DNA from: Verrucomicrobiaceae bacterium
GTDB taxonomy: Bacteria > Verrucomicrobiota > Verrucomicrobiia > Verrucomicrobiales > Akkermansiaceae
Direction: 5' to 3'
Length of the DNA: 64,000 bases
NCBI GenBank assembly: GCA_051252135.1
Contig: JBPOGH010000003.1
Location: forward strand, 96,001 to 160,000
Under the pieces are notes generated by a model that was not told where the DNA came from, did no database searches, and worked only from the letters and a program-made list of their open reading frames with translations. This document shows, piece after piece, positions 50,967-60,708 of this stretch. The position numbers and the translations under genes are program-made. Position 1 is the stretch's first letter. Each line of letters starts with the position of its first letter.

Positions 50967-51575
50967 CTACGCACTCATCGATACTTTCTTTCGATCCGGA
51001 ACAATAAATTCCTGCCACGACTCATCAGTCGATTGCTCCCTCATCCCATACAAGGGCCGCCACCGCGGCGCCTTCGGCTCCTTCGGCAATTTCAGATTCG
51101 CCTGCGCCAACGTCCGGTTCGCCTTCCGCGTATTGCAGGGAAAGCACGACGTCACAATATTCTTCCAACTCGTGATCCCCCCCCGGTCCCGGGGCACCAC
51201 ATGATCCAGATTCAACTTCTCCTCCGGAAACTGCGTCCGGCAATACTGACAGGTATACCCATCCCTCCGAAACACGTTCTCCCGCGTAAACTTCACCTCC
51301 CGCCGCGGAATCCGGTCATACATCGCCAACACAATGATCTTCGGAATCTGAAGCACCATCTTCACCGATCTCACCACCTCCTCCGCCAACGAGTTCTCGG
51401 AATAATCCACCCACGATCCAAAATCATGCGTCTGATACCGGCAGTCCCCCTCCGTTTGCACCACCTGGGCATGACCAAGACAAAGAAGCTTCAGGGCACG
51501 CTTCGCGGAGCAGGTCTGAACAGGCTGCCATAACCGGTTCAGCACCAGGACGGGACGTTCGAGAATCATTTCCAT
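50967..51575 (-). CDS. HNH endonuclease (McrA/HNH_5-like)
   Basis: VLVLN, RD...CQYC, DHVVP..RGG..SW.N.V.SC..CN..K. Confidence 0.92.
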   Translation of the reverse strand: MEMILERPVLVLNRLWQPVQTCSAKRALKLLCLGHAQVVQTEGDCRYQTHDFGSWVDYSENSLAEEVVRSVKMVLQIPKIIVLAMYDRIPRREVKFTRENVFRRDGYTCQYCRTQFPEEKLNLDHVVPRDRGGITSWKNIVTSCFPCNTRKANRTLAQANLKLPKEPKAPRWRPLYGMREQSTDESWQEFIVPDRKKVSMSA

Positions 51576-51652
51576 AACGGTTCCTAGGCAATAGCAAACC
51601 TAGGCAAAGTTGCAGATGACGCAATCCCAAACTTAACCCTCCCAAACTAAAA

Positions 51653-51790
51653 GGAGTCGCGGCGCCCCCGCCGCTTCTCAACCAAGCCCCTCAACCAAGC
51701 CATCCCCTTCATCCTGTCCATCTGCGGTTAAAAAAACTCCCCAACCCAAACCTTAAAAACTTTGCGCCTTCCCGGTTCACCCCCATCCCC
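51653..51790 (+). repeat. Intergenic mosaic: GGAG REP-like hairpin, two AACCAAG, ATCTGCGG tract
   Basis: GGAGTC-GCGGCG-CCCC-CGCCGC, AACCAAG at 51680 and 51693, CATCCTGTCCATCTGCGG. Confidence 0.6.
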
Positions 51791-52960
51791 TCACTTCATC
51801 CGGTAAACCGACCCCTCCAGATCCATCACATAAAGCCCACCCTCCTCATCCTCGCCAAAGGACGACCACGGCCCCGCCACCTTCCCCTCCGGAAACTTCA
51901 GCTCCTCCGTGTGATCATGGAAGTCTCCCAACTTCCCATCCTTCTCCGTGATCGACCACACCCGCTTCGACACAAAATCCGCAAAGAAATAACGCCCCTG
52001 CAAGTCCTCCCGCTCCCCCCGGTAGACATACCCGCCCGTGATCGACAGCCCGTCCGTCTTCTTCGCCATATCGTGACCGTATTCATAGATCGGCTCATAA
52101 GCCTTTTTCGGCCGCTCCCCTCCCACTTCCTCCTTGGGCGTCTCATGGGTCCCCTCACGCAACCGCCACCCGAAGTTCACCCCCTTCGCCTCCCCCTTCT
52201 TCACAAAATTCACCTCTTCCCAATGATTCTGCCCCACATCCCCGATCCACAAATCACCCGTCTTTGAATCAAAAGAACAACGCCACGGATTTCTCAACCC
52301 ATAGGCATAAATCTCCGGCACCTTTCCCTCCTGCCCCACAAACGGATTGTCCGTCGGCACCGCGTAACCCTTCTCCCCCGACACATCCAATCTCAGAATC
52401 GAACCCAAGGGATTTCCCAAATCCTGCGCCCGCGCCTTCGGATCATTCGCCGCCCCGCCGTCACCCGCCCCAATGTAAAGCAACCCGTCCGGCCCAAACG
52501 CAATCCAGCCCCCGTTGTGATTCCAAAAGTCCTGCTTGTAAGTAAACAAAATCTCCTCCGAATCCTTCTTCGCCACCAAGGTTTTCGGATCCGCCACAAA
52601 ACGCGAAATCCGCGTATCCCGCGCCTTCTTGTCCCCGAAGGTGTAATTCACATAGAACCGACCGCTCTTCTGAAAGTCCGGCGCAAACGCCAAACCCAAC
52701 AACCCTTCCTCGTTAAACGCCCGCAACGCCACCCCCGTCAAATCCAGCATCACCGACCGCTCGCCCGACACCTCATCAACTGAAAATATCTTCCCGTCCT
52801 GCTCCACCACCACCAAACGGTCGCCCGCCCCCGGCGCCACCTGCAAATCAATCGGCCTCTCAAACTTCCCGCCCACCGGCTCCATCACGATCGGCTCAAT
52901 CGCCATCCCAACCGAAACCAAGCCACCCGAAACCATCATCAACATTCCAAAGTTTTTCAT
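51791..52960 (-). CDS. PQQ-dependent sugar dehydrogenase (GSDH family)
   Basis: EEGLLGLAF.PDF, NHNGG..FGPDG.LY..GDGG, GLRNPWR.SFD, GDVGQ, SITGGYVYRG. Confidence 0.92.
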   Translation of the reverse strand: MKNFGMLMMVSGGLVSVGMAIEPIVMEPVGGKFERPIDLQVAPGAGDRLVVVEQDGKIFSVDEVSGERSVMLDLTGVALRAFNEEGLLGLAFAPDFQKSGRFYVNYTFGDKKARDTRISRFVADPKTLVAKKDSEEILFTYKQDFWNHNGGWIAFGPDGLLYIGAGDGGAANDPKARAQDLGNPLGSILRLDVSGEKGYAVPTDNPFVGQEGKVPEIYAYGLRNPWRCSFDSKTGDLWIGDVGQNHWEEVNFVKKGEAKGVNFGWRLREGTHETPKEEVGGERPKKAYEPIYEYGHDMAKKTDGLSITGGYVYRGEREDLQGRYFFADFVSKRVWSITEKDGKLGDFHDHTEELKFPEGKVAGPWSSFGEDEEGGLYVMDLEGSVYRMK

Positions 52961-53022
52961 CCCCGAATCTCTAGTCCCTCTTCCCCCCCCACGCAAACAA
53001 GGAATCCCGATTTTGCCCAACC

Positions 53023-54012
53023 CTATTCCCTCAGCACCGGTCGCACCCGCATCACCAGCACGCCCGCTGGCGGAGCCGAATAACCAATCGAAACTTCATT
53101 CCAGCCCACCGCCGCAAACTCCTCACCAAAGTTCCACTGGCCATTCCATTGCCGTAAGTCCGTCGACCACTCAACGATGTAATCCAAATCATAACGAAGA
53201 ATCGGATACCGGACCCTCATCCAACCTCCCTCTCTCGAAAGACCCACATGATCACTCTCACGATCCCTCGTTCCCGGATCCATCCCCAGGGCATACTCAA
53301 GAAAAAGGGACGTCCCATCCCCATCATGGTCGCTCGTCAGGTCGACCCCTTCCATTGAATAAAGCTTCCTCCAAGCCGCCAAATTACGCGGAATGAACTC
53401 AATCTCGATCCCAGCCTCGGCAGAACCACTTCCCCCAAATACCGGAGCGGAAATGACGTCCATCTCAAGGCGATAAGTCCCGGGCGCCAAGGCGATCATC
53501 TCATGAAAATTGACCTGCCCCGGTGAACCCAAACCGTTTTCTCCATCTCCCTCGGTCTCGGCCACCCTTGAAAAAAGCGAACCCAGCGTAATCCGTGCCT
53601 CGCCATCGTATGCAAACATCTCCCCCTTCAATAAAATATCAATCTCCTCCTTAATCTCAAAGGAGACATGACAACTCGATGAACCGATCCCGGAGGTGCC
53701 CTCCTCCGAAAATTCCGTATCCGCCGAACTCACCAATTCAACATCCCACCTCACCGCCCCGATCGTTGAATCCTGGGACGCCGATCCAAGCAACACTCCA
53801 AACTCACCCTCAACCGATAGCGCCTCCTCATAGCGCGCCACTCCCGGCCCCCGACTCTCCGTAGTCGCCAACCCCGTAGCCGAAATCACCCGGACCGTCT
53901 CCGTCACCTCCACCACATCGCTCGCTCCCCCAAAGAGCACGCAGCTCCCCAAGCCGAACAGCAAACAACACCAAATTCTCACAGCCCGCCATTCAACGAC
54001 ACCCCCTCTCAC
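53023..54012 (-). CDS. Hypothetical secreted protein with DxDGDG-containing C-terminal domain
   Basis: Signal-like N-terminus; DHDGDG...LEYALGMDP..Y.VEWSTDL..W; start uncertain. Confidence 0.65.
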   Translation of the reverse strand: MRGGVVEWRAVRIWCCLLFGLGSCVLFGGASDVVEVTETVRVISATGLATTESRGPGVARYEEALSVEGEFGVLLGSASQDSTIGAVRWDVELVSSADTEFSEEGTSGIGSSSCHVSFEIKEEIDILLKGEMFAYDGEARITLGSLFSRVAETEGDGENGLGSPGQVNFHEMIALAPGTYRLEMDVISAPVFGGSGSAEAGIEIEFIPRNLAAWRKLYSMEGVDLTSDHDGDGTSLFLEYALGMDPGTRDRESDHVGLSREGGWMRVRYPILRYDLDYIVEWSTDLRQWNGQWNFGEEFAAVGWNEVSIGYSAPPAGVLVMRVRPVLRE

Positions 54013-54039
54013 AACTCAATCAAATAGACCCTCCCGCAA

Positions 54040-55149
54040 TCACCCAAACCCCGGAAAAATCTCCCCCATCGCCTTCCCCGCCCCGTGCCTCTGCAGCTCC
54101 GGCCCCAGGATCGCACGGTAATCCGTTACCACCGGCACATCCCCCGGCCCCACCAGCACCCCCGCCTCCAGCTTCGGCATCTCCCCAATCACCCGCCCCC
54201 GCTGGACGCCCCCACCCATCACAAACATCACCCCGCCACTTCCATGGTCGGTTCCAAACGACGAGTTCTCCGCCACCCGTCTCCCAAACTCCGTCATCAC
54301 CACCACCGTCACCTTCTCCATCAACGGACCCAGGTCCCGGTGAAAAGTCGCCAAGCCCTGATCCAGCCGCGTCATCAGCGGCACAATGAGCGCCTCCTGC
54401 GCAAAGTGCGAATCCCACCCTTCCAGATCAAGCGACACCGCCTCCAGCCCCACCCGCGCCCGAATCAACTGCGCCGTCTGACGCAACCCGTTCGAAAAAC
54501 GATCCTCCCCGTACTCCGCCCCGTTCTCCGGCCGATAACTCTCCTTCCCCAGTTCCTCCACCCGCTCCAGCGCCTGCAGCGTATCCCGCGCCGCCGGTCC
54601 CAGCACCGTCTTCTCCGCCCCGTAAAGCGCACCCAGCTCCGCCTGCAGCGCCGACGTCGACGCCCCTTTCTTCCCGAGCGAAAACGTCTCCATCGACTCC
54701 ATCACCGTCGCCGCCGGCGCTCCCCGCAACACCTCCGGCATCTTCTTCCCCAACGCGATCGCCGAAAGCGCCGTCGGCGTCCTTCCCTCGCGATATCTCA
54801 AAAAACGCCCCAACCAACCACCCGCCACCTGCCCGCCATGCTCCATCAAATCCTGGGCGTAAAAGTGCGACCTCGTCTCATCGTCCGACCCCACCGCCGG
54901 CACCACCGATAACTCCCCATTCTGAAAAATTTCGTACATCCCGTGCAACTCCGGATTCAACCCGCAATTCACCTCCCCCAGCTTCAGCGCATCCCTCTCC
55001 GCCACCGCCAGAAGCGGCCGCGCATCATAATATCCCTGATCCCCCACCGCCGGCACCAACGTCAACCCGTCCGCCCCCCCACGCAGAAACACCACCACCA
55101 GCGTCCGCTGATCGTCCCCGTTTCCTGAGATGATTCCTGTCCCTTTCAT
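54040..55149 (-). CDS. DUF1501-domain protein
   Basis: LVVVFLRGGADGL, RSHF, GWLGR, GWD.H, EFGRR..EN...GTDHG. Confidence 0.92.
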   Translation of the reverse strand: MKGTGIISGNGDDQRTLVVVFLRGGADGLTLVPAVGDQGYYDARPLLAVAERDALKLGEVNCGLNPELHGMYEIFQNGELSVVPAVGSDDETRSHFYAQDLMEHGGQVAGGWLGRFLRYREGRTPTALSAIALGKKMPEVLRGAPAATVMESMETFSLGKKGASTSALQAELGALYGAEKTVLGPAARDTLQALERVEELGKESYRPENGAEYGEDRFSNGLRQTAQLIRARVGLEAVSLDLEGWDSHFAQEALIVPLMTRLDQGLATFHRDLGPLMEKVTVVVMTEFGRRVAENSSFGTDHGSGGVMFVMGGGVQRGRVIGEMPKLEAGVLVGPGDVPVVTDYRAILGPELQRHGAGKAMGEIFPGFG

Positions 55150-56642
55150 CGCCATTGAAATCCCGGTGATGCCAAAACCAACGCCAACGGCTCACCACTC
55201 CGCTCCACGCTCTTCTTCTCTTCCGCCGTCGGAACCCGACCCAACAAACTCGCCATCATCTCATCCACCCCACCCGCCGCCTCCTGCAGCGCCGCCTCAT
55301 CCACCACGATCTTTCCGTCGATCTCGTTGCGCGCCAACGCGATCCCAAAATGCCACCGCCACAGCAAGGTTCCCGTCCACGGCGACGCCACATCCGGATA
55401 ACCATCCGGCGTCGGATACTGAAAAGGCGCATGCCCCATCCGCACCAGATAATCCACCAGCGCCAACTCGGATTTCACCTTCGCCCGCGTCCCCCGCAGA
55501 GCCGAAATAATAAACTCAAAAGGCTTCTTCAACTTCCCTCCCCGCGCCCCTCTCAAAAACGCCTCCGTCCCAAACACCGCCCGCAGCGTCTCCTTCACAT
55601 CCCCACCACTCTCCGCAAATACCCGCGCCACCTCATCCACCGCCTCCCCCGGCGGCTCGTCCGCAATAAACCGCACACACAACTTCTCCGCCAAATATCG
55701 CGCCGTCGACGGATGACCGCACACAATCTCCAGCACCGCATCCAAATCCTTCTCCCCCCCGCCCGCCGCAATCTCCACCCCCAACACCACCTTCGCCCCG
55801 TCATCATGCGCCTTCGCATCAAACTCCACCCGCCCTTTGAAAAACCGCTTCTTCCCCCGCACCGTCCACCCGCTCAGGCAACGCGCCACCTCCATCACAT
55901 CCTCCTGCGTATAGCCCCCGTTCACCCCCAGCGTGTGCAGCTCCAGCAACTCCCGCGCATAATTCTCATTCGGCTTCTCCCCCTCGTCCCTGCTCCGGTT
56001 CTGACGCCCATCCAAATACCACAACATCGCCGGACTCAGCGCCGACGCCCGCACCAGATCCGAAAACTTCCCCAGCGCATGCTCCCGCACCACCTCCCGA
56101 TCATCCGCCGCCTTCAACCAACGACACTCCTCCTTCGACGCATCGATATTAAAATGATCACTCCAAAAATGCGCCATCACCTCAAACAACTGCCGCTTGC
56201 TCCGCGTCGCCCGCACCAGCGTCGCCCGCGTCAGCTGCTCTAACAAAAACTCCTCCTTATACTCATACATCTCTCCCAGCGGCGCATGAATCGCCTCAAA
56301 CCTCCGCACCGACCGCCACGCCCGCTTATCCTCAATCCCCTCCGCATCCAGCTGCTCCTCCACATAAGCCGACACCGCCTCCTCCTCCGTCTCACCCAAC
56401 CCCCGCACCCGACCATACTCACTCGGGCCCGGCCCAAAGCTCATCCGGTTCAGCGCATGACTCACCAAATCAATCCCCTCGCCCGATGGCGGCACCACCG
56501 GCCCCGCCACCTCGCCCATCCCCAAAAAATCCTCCACCCGCTCACACCCCGCCGTCGAAAAGAACGCCAGCCCGGCCGACCCCAGCAGAAAATCCCGCCG
56601 CGTCCAACCTTCCCCCGCCCCCTCTGGATCACCCTTCGACAT
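55146..56642 (-). CDS. DUF1800-domain protein with Tat/lipoprotein-like signal
   Basis: TRRDFL, FWSDHF, PAML.YLD, NENYARELLELHTLG, Y.Q.DV. Confidence 0.92.
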   Translation of the reverse strand: MSKGDPEGAGEGWTRRDFLLGSAGLAFFSTAGCERVEDFLGMGEVAGPVVPPSGEGIDLVSHALNRMSFGPGPSEYGRVRGLGETEEEAVSAYVEEQLDAEGIEDKRAWRSVRRFEAIHAPLGEMYEYKEEFLLEQLTRATLVRATRSKRQLFEVMAHFWSDHFNIDASKEECRWLKAADDREVVREHALGKFSDLVRASALSPAMLWYLDGRQNRSRDEGEKPNENYARELLELHTLGVNGGYTQEDVMEVARCLSGWTVRGKKRFFKGRVEFDAKAHDDGAKVVLGVEIAAGGGEKDLDAVLEIVCGHPSTARYLAEKLCVRFIADEPPGEAVDEVARVFAESGGDVKETLRAVFGTEAFLRGARGGKLKKPFEFIISALRGTRAKVKSELALVDYLVRMGHAPFQYPTPDGYPDVASPWTGTLLWRWHFGIALARNEIDGKIVVDEAALQEAAGGVDEMMASLLGRVPTAEEKKSVERSGEPLALVLASPGFQWR

Positions 56643-57129
56643 CGCTCCCCTTCCTCCCGTCACGCCATCCTAAAAACCACGCCCCCACCCCCGAAAGCAA
56701 CGTCCCCGGCAACACCAAAAACCAACCCAACAACGGAAAGATCATCATCAATCCCAACACCGTCCCCCCGCGCTTCACCCCCAGCCACTCCTGCCCCTCA
56801 TCATCCACCTTCCGCAAGCCCTTCCCCATCCGCAGACACAAACCCGCCGACCCAAAGAGCCCGAAAAGAAACACCAACATCACCAGCAAAATCCCCAACA
56901 TCTTCACCACCGCAGCCCCCCCGTTCGCCATCGCCAACCCCAGCGCCACCGCCGGCACCCCCACCAACGCCCCCACCAACAAACACCGCCAAGGCGTCTC
57001 CCCATACCGCGCCCCACACCGCTCCACCGCCTCCGGAAAAAACCCCCGCGCCGCCACCCAATAAGCCACCGTCGTCACATAAAACCCCAAAATAATCAGA
57101 GCCCACATCAACACATCCGCCATGATCAT
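56629..57129 (-). CDS. Hypothetical 4-TM membrane protein
   Basis: Four hydrophobic helices; overlaps the DUF1800 start. Confidence 0.75.
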   Translation of the reverse strand: MIMADVLMWALIILGFYVTTVAYWVAARGFFPEAVERCGARYGETPWRCLLVGALVGVPAVALGLAMANGGAAVVKMLGILLVMLVFLFGLFGSAGLCLRMGKGLRKVDDEGQEWLGVKRGGTVLGLMMIFPLLGWFLVLPGTLLSGVGAWFLGWRDGRKGSDVEG

Positions 57130-57309
57130 CTCAACCCCATCCTTCCCATCTCAACAGTCATATTCATCACCCACCGTACGCCCTCACCCCCAAAAAGGTT
57201 ACCAAAAAAATTGAGGAGAGCGGACATTACTGCCCGCCCCATGAACCCGTAAAAGAACCCATCGGTCCAAAACAACCCATCAGCCCCCAAACCAAGGATT
57301 CAACAGTCA

Positions 57310-58824
57310 CTACTCCTCGCCACCGACTTCAATCACTTTCGCCCCCAGATAAACCTCCCTTACTCCTTCTTCTCCCTGAACCCGACTCACCATTTGTTTC
57401 CCTCCACTCCATACCGTCGTCCCCCCATTTACGTTTACTACCCGCTCTCCAATCATCACTTCATATTCAAAACGAATATCCAACAGCTGATCATTCGCCC
57501 CCACATTTGGCTCCAGAACCGCCTTCTGAATCAAGTTGCCCATACCCATCGATATCGAAGCCTTGTCTCCCGGCCTTCCATAAACACCTAACCTCCCCGT
57601 CTGCACCTCATTCTCCAGCAACGCTAGATCCACCTTCACTAATCGCGGGATTACCCAAGAACAAGCTCTCAATAGTTGATCCATCAACTCCATCTGATCC
57701 TCGGGCAATCCCACAAACAACGCCCCGGCCTCCCCATTAAATATCGCAAAATCTCCTTCTCGAAAAACCACCCCCTGATTACTCAACATCTTTCGTAGAT
57801 CATAAAGTCTCTCCCCCGGACCCCATTTTACCCGAGGGTCGTTCACCGACACCCGATACTTCGAAAACTCTATCTCTGCGTGCTCCCCCCCTCCCTCATC
57901 CGGATCCGCGAAAGGGTCATCGTTAGAGCCACCTCCATCACCAACCTCGATAAAATTCATAAACGTGGGCGGAACAGGAAATACTTTCACCACCCGATCT
58001 TCACCAATCTCAATCGTCCTCGCCAGTCGCGTCCTCCTCACCCCCCATTTCTCTTCAGTCGAACGCATATCCTGTTCACCGATCACCAAATCAACAACGG
58101 CTACCCCATCAAGCAATTCAACCCTCGTCGTAACCACCAACACATAGTTTTTTCCATCCGCGCCACTCCTCCCAAGCCCTATCACCAAGGGCACCCCGGG
58201 CAAACTCGTCACCCCCGTCTCCAAAAGAAACTCACCTTCCATCGGAAGCTTCGCCTCCAAATCAATCCGACTATCCACTGCTTGCAAGGCGGTGTCCACA
58301 TTCATCACAACTTCCAATCTCATCTCCCTCGCCTCGGTCACCACCTTCTCACCCGATCGAGCACAAACTTCTATTCCTCTCACCAATTTTGCTCCCTCCG
58401 GCACCACTCGAGGATTCTTCTCAAATGCCGCAACACCCTCATCCGCTACCTCAAAAATCTCCCCCTTGAACACCAACTTCACCGGAGCAGACCCAACATA
58501 AAATACCGGCTCAAAAATCCTCCAATGATCTAGCTGCTCACCCTTCACCACCAACCGCCCACTCGACTCATTAAAGACTGCCTCAATGGTCTTGCTTTCG
58601 AATAGCTCGCTCACTCCATAAAGGACGTCCCCTTCTCCAAAAAATCGGCTCTCAAACGTCCCCTTCTCCAACTTCAAAAACTCCTCCTCTTTCTCCAAGT
58701 CTCCAAACCGCTTCTTAAACCCCTCAATCCCAACCTCCTTCCCCACATAATAACTTACCACCTCCATCTCCTCCCCAAAAACCGACCCCACCAAAATCAA
58801 AAACAACAACACCCTTTTCACCAT
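57310..58824 (-). CDS. Hypothetical secreted protein with duplicated secretin-N-like modules
   Basis: Signal peptide; internal repeat (A.FN..SG.L.V.G..) and VPPTF..DDPFAD..GV.F.EG..A.FN motifs. Confidence 0.6.
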   Translation of the reverse strand: MVKRVLLFLILVGSVFGEEMEVVSYYVGKEVGIEGFKKRFGDLEKEEEFLKLEKGTFESRFFGEGDVLYGVSELFESKTIEAVFNESSGRLVVKGEQLDHWRIFEPVFYVGSAPVKLVFKGEIFEVADEGVAAFEKNPRVVPEGAKLVRGIEVCARSGEKVVTEAREMRLEVVMNVDTALQAVDSRIDLEAKLPMEGEFLLETGVTSLPGVPLVIGLGRSGADGKNYVLVVTTRVELLDGVAVVDLVIGEQDMRSTEEKWGVRRTRLARTIEIGEDRVVKVFPVPPTFMNFIEVGDGGGSNDDPFADPDEGGGEHAEIEFSKYRVSVNDPRVKWGPGERLYDLRKMLSNQGVVFREGDFAIFNGEAGALFVGLPEDQMELMDQLLRACSWVIPRLVKVDLALLENEVQTGRLGVYGRPGDKASISMGMGNLIQKAVLEPNVGANDQLLDIRFEYEVMIGERVVNVNGGTTVWSGGKQMVSRVQGEEGVREVYLGAKVIEVGGEE

Positions 58825-58854
58825 CCCACCCTCTCATTCCCCCATTTTAGGTCA

Positions 58855-59185
58855 AGCCCCCTCATCGACCGGCCTCATTCAATCTGTGGAAATCTTCTCA
58901 ATCTGCGGACCCCTCCCTCAACCAAGCCCCCCCTCCAAAAAATAAATGCCCAATGTCCCCCCTCCCCCTCAACAAAGATTCGCCTCAATTCGCATGATTC
59001 GCGGTCACCCTCCCCACCCCCAACCAAGCCTCCCCCTTCAAAACTAAAGGTTAGATGTTAAATGTTCGGTGTTCCTCCCCGCCCCCAACCAAGCTCTCCA
59101 CCTTCAAATCCCGGAGTTCACTGTTCAGTGTTCAATGTCCCCCTCTTTCAAATCTCGTGCTCAAATCTCAAATTTCAAATCTCCC
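58855..59185 (+). repeat. Intergenic mosaic containing a copy of the 44.1 kb unit
   Basis: AATCTGTGGAAATCTTCTCAATCTGCGGA (one mismatch to 34877), ATTCGC 9-bp tract, GTTAGATGTTAAATGTTCGGTGTTCCTCCCCGCCCCCAACCAAG, TCAAATC 7-bp tract. Confidence 0.8.
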
Positions 59186-59258
59186 CCGCTCCCCAGCCTT
59201 GATCTCCCATTAAAATCCGCTAAAACCCCCTTCCCGCCTCAACCAGCGGGACGATTCC

Positions 59259-60686
59259 ATGGGAAAAACACTCTATCAAAAGGTCTGGGACGCGCACACC
59301 GTAGGCACCCTCAGCGACGGACGCACCCAACTCTTCATCGGCACCCACCTCATTCACGAGGTCACCAGCCCGCAGGCCTTCGGCATGCTCCGTGAGCTGA
59401 ACCTCACCGTAAAGTACCCCAAGCGCACCTTCGCCACCATCGATCACATCGTCCCCACCGAGAATCAGGACCAACCAGCCGACCCGCTCGCCGCTGAAAT
59501 GATCGATGCCATCCGCGCCAACTGCGATGACTTCGGCGTCACCTATTTCGACCTCAAATCCGGCAAGCAAGGCATCGTCCACGTCGTCGGACCTGAGCAA
59601 GGCATCACTCAGCCCGGTTCCACCATCGCTTGTGGCGATTCCCACACCGCCACCCACGGAGCCTTCGGCGCCATCGCCTTCGGCATCGGCACCACCCAGG
59701 TGCGCGACGTCCTCGCCACCCAGACCATGGCCATGGAATCCCTCAAGGTGCGCAAGATCGAGGTGAACGGAACCCTCCGCCCCGGCGTCTACGCCAAGGA
59801 CCTCACCCTTCACATCATCCGCCTCCTCGGAGCAAAGGGCGGCATCGGCTACGCCTACGAGTACGCCGGCACCACCTTCGACGCCTTCTCCATGGAAGAG
59901 CGCATGACCGTCTGCAACATGGCCATCGAAGGCGGCGCACGCTGCGGCTACGTCAACCCAGACCAGACCACTTTCGACTTCCTCAAAGGCCGCCCCTACT
60001 CCCCCTCCGAAGCCGAGTGGGACGAGGCCGTCGCCCGCTGGCAATCCTTCGCCTCTGACGCAGACGCCGTCTTCGATGACGTCATCACCATCAACGCCGA
60101 GGACATCGAGCCCACCGTCACCTGGGGAATCTCCCCGGACCACGGCATCGCAATCGGCGAGAACATCCCCGATCCCGCCACCACCTCCGACCCCGAGGAA
60201 AAAGCCGTCATCGTGGAAGCCCTCGCCTACATGAAACTCCCCGCCGGCACCCCCATCAAGGGCATCCCCATCGATGTCGCCTTCATGGGATCCTGCACCA
60301 ACGGCCGCCTCTCGGACTTCCGCGAAGCCGCCAAATACCTCAAGGGCCGCAAGGTCGCCGCTGGTGTCAAGGCCATCGCCGTTCCCGGATCACAGATCAC
60401 CGCCATCCAGTGCGAACAGGAAGGCATCGATAAAATCTTCGAAGAAGCCGGATTCGAATGGCGCGCCGCAGGTTGCTCCATGTGCCTCGCGATGAACCCC
60501 GATAAACTCATCGGCGATCAAATCTGCGCCTCCTCTTCCAACCGGAACTTCAAAGGCCGCCAGGGATCACCTATCGGACGCACCGTCCTCATGTCACCCG
60601 TCATGGTCGCCGCCGCCGCAGTCGAAGGCAAAATCGCCGACGCCCGCGAAACCTTCGAAAATCTCGACGCCAACGCCGTCGCCTAA
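59259..60686 (+). CDS. leuC: 3-isopropylmalate dehydratase large subunit
   Basis: [46 protein letters not shown]. Confidence 0.97.
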   Translation: MGKTLYQKVWDAHTVGTLSDGRTQLFIGTHLIHEVTSPQAFGMLRELNLTVKYPKRTFATIDHIVPTENQDQPADPLAAEMIDAIRANCDDFGVTYFDLKSGKQGIVHVVGPEQGITQPGSTIACGDSHTATHGAFGAIAFGIGTTQVRDVLATQTMAMESLKVRKIEVNGTLRPGVYAKDLTLHIIRLLGAKGGIGYAYEYAGTTFDAFSMEERMTVCNMAIEGGARCGYVNPDQTTFDFLKGRPYSPSEAEWDEAVARWQSFASDADAVFDDVITINAEDIEPTVTWGISPDHGIAIGENIPDPATTSDPEEKAVIVEALAYMKLPAGTPIKGIPIDVAFMGSCTNGRLSDFREAAKYLKGRKVAAGVKAIAVPGSQITAIQCEQEGIDKIFEEAGFEWRAAGCSMCLAMNPDKLIGDQICASSSNRNFKGRQGSPIGRTVLMSPVMVAAAAVEGKIADARETFENLDANAVA

Positions 60687-60708
60687 CCTTTAAAAACGAA
60701 CCATCACC

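Noticed and set aside
51576..51652. Possible structured RNA upstream of the HNH gene (CCTAGGCAA repeated twice)
   Set aside because: Too short and no recognisable RNA family. It may be just a promoter or operator.
58830..59258. Leucine attenuator or leader peptide upstream of leuC
   Set aside because: No short Leu-rich ORF with a terminator was found. The gap consists of the generic repeat modules.
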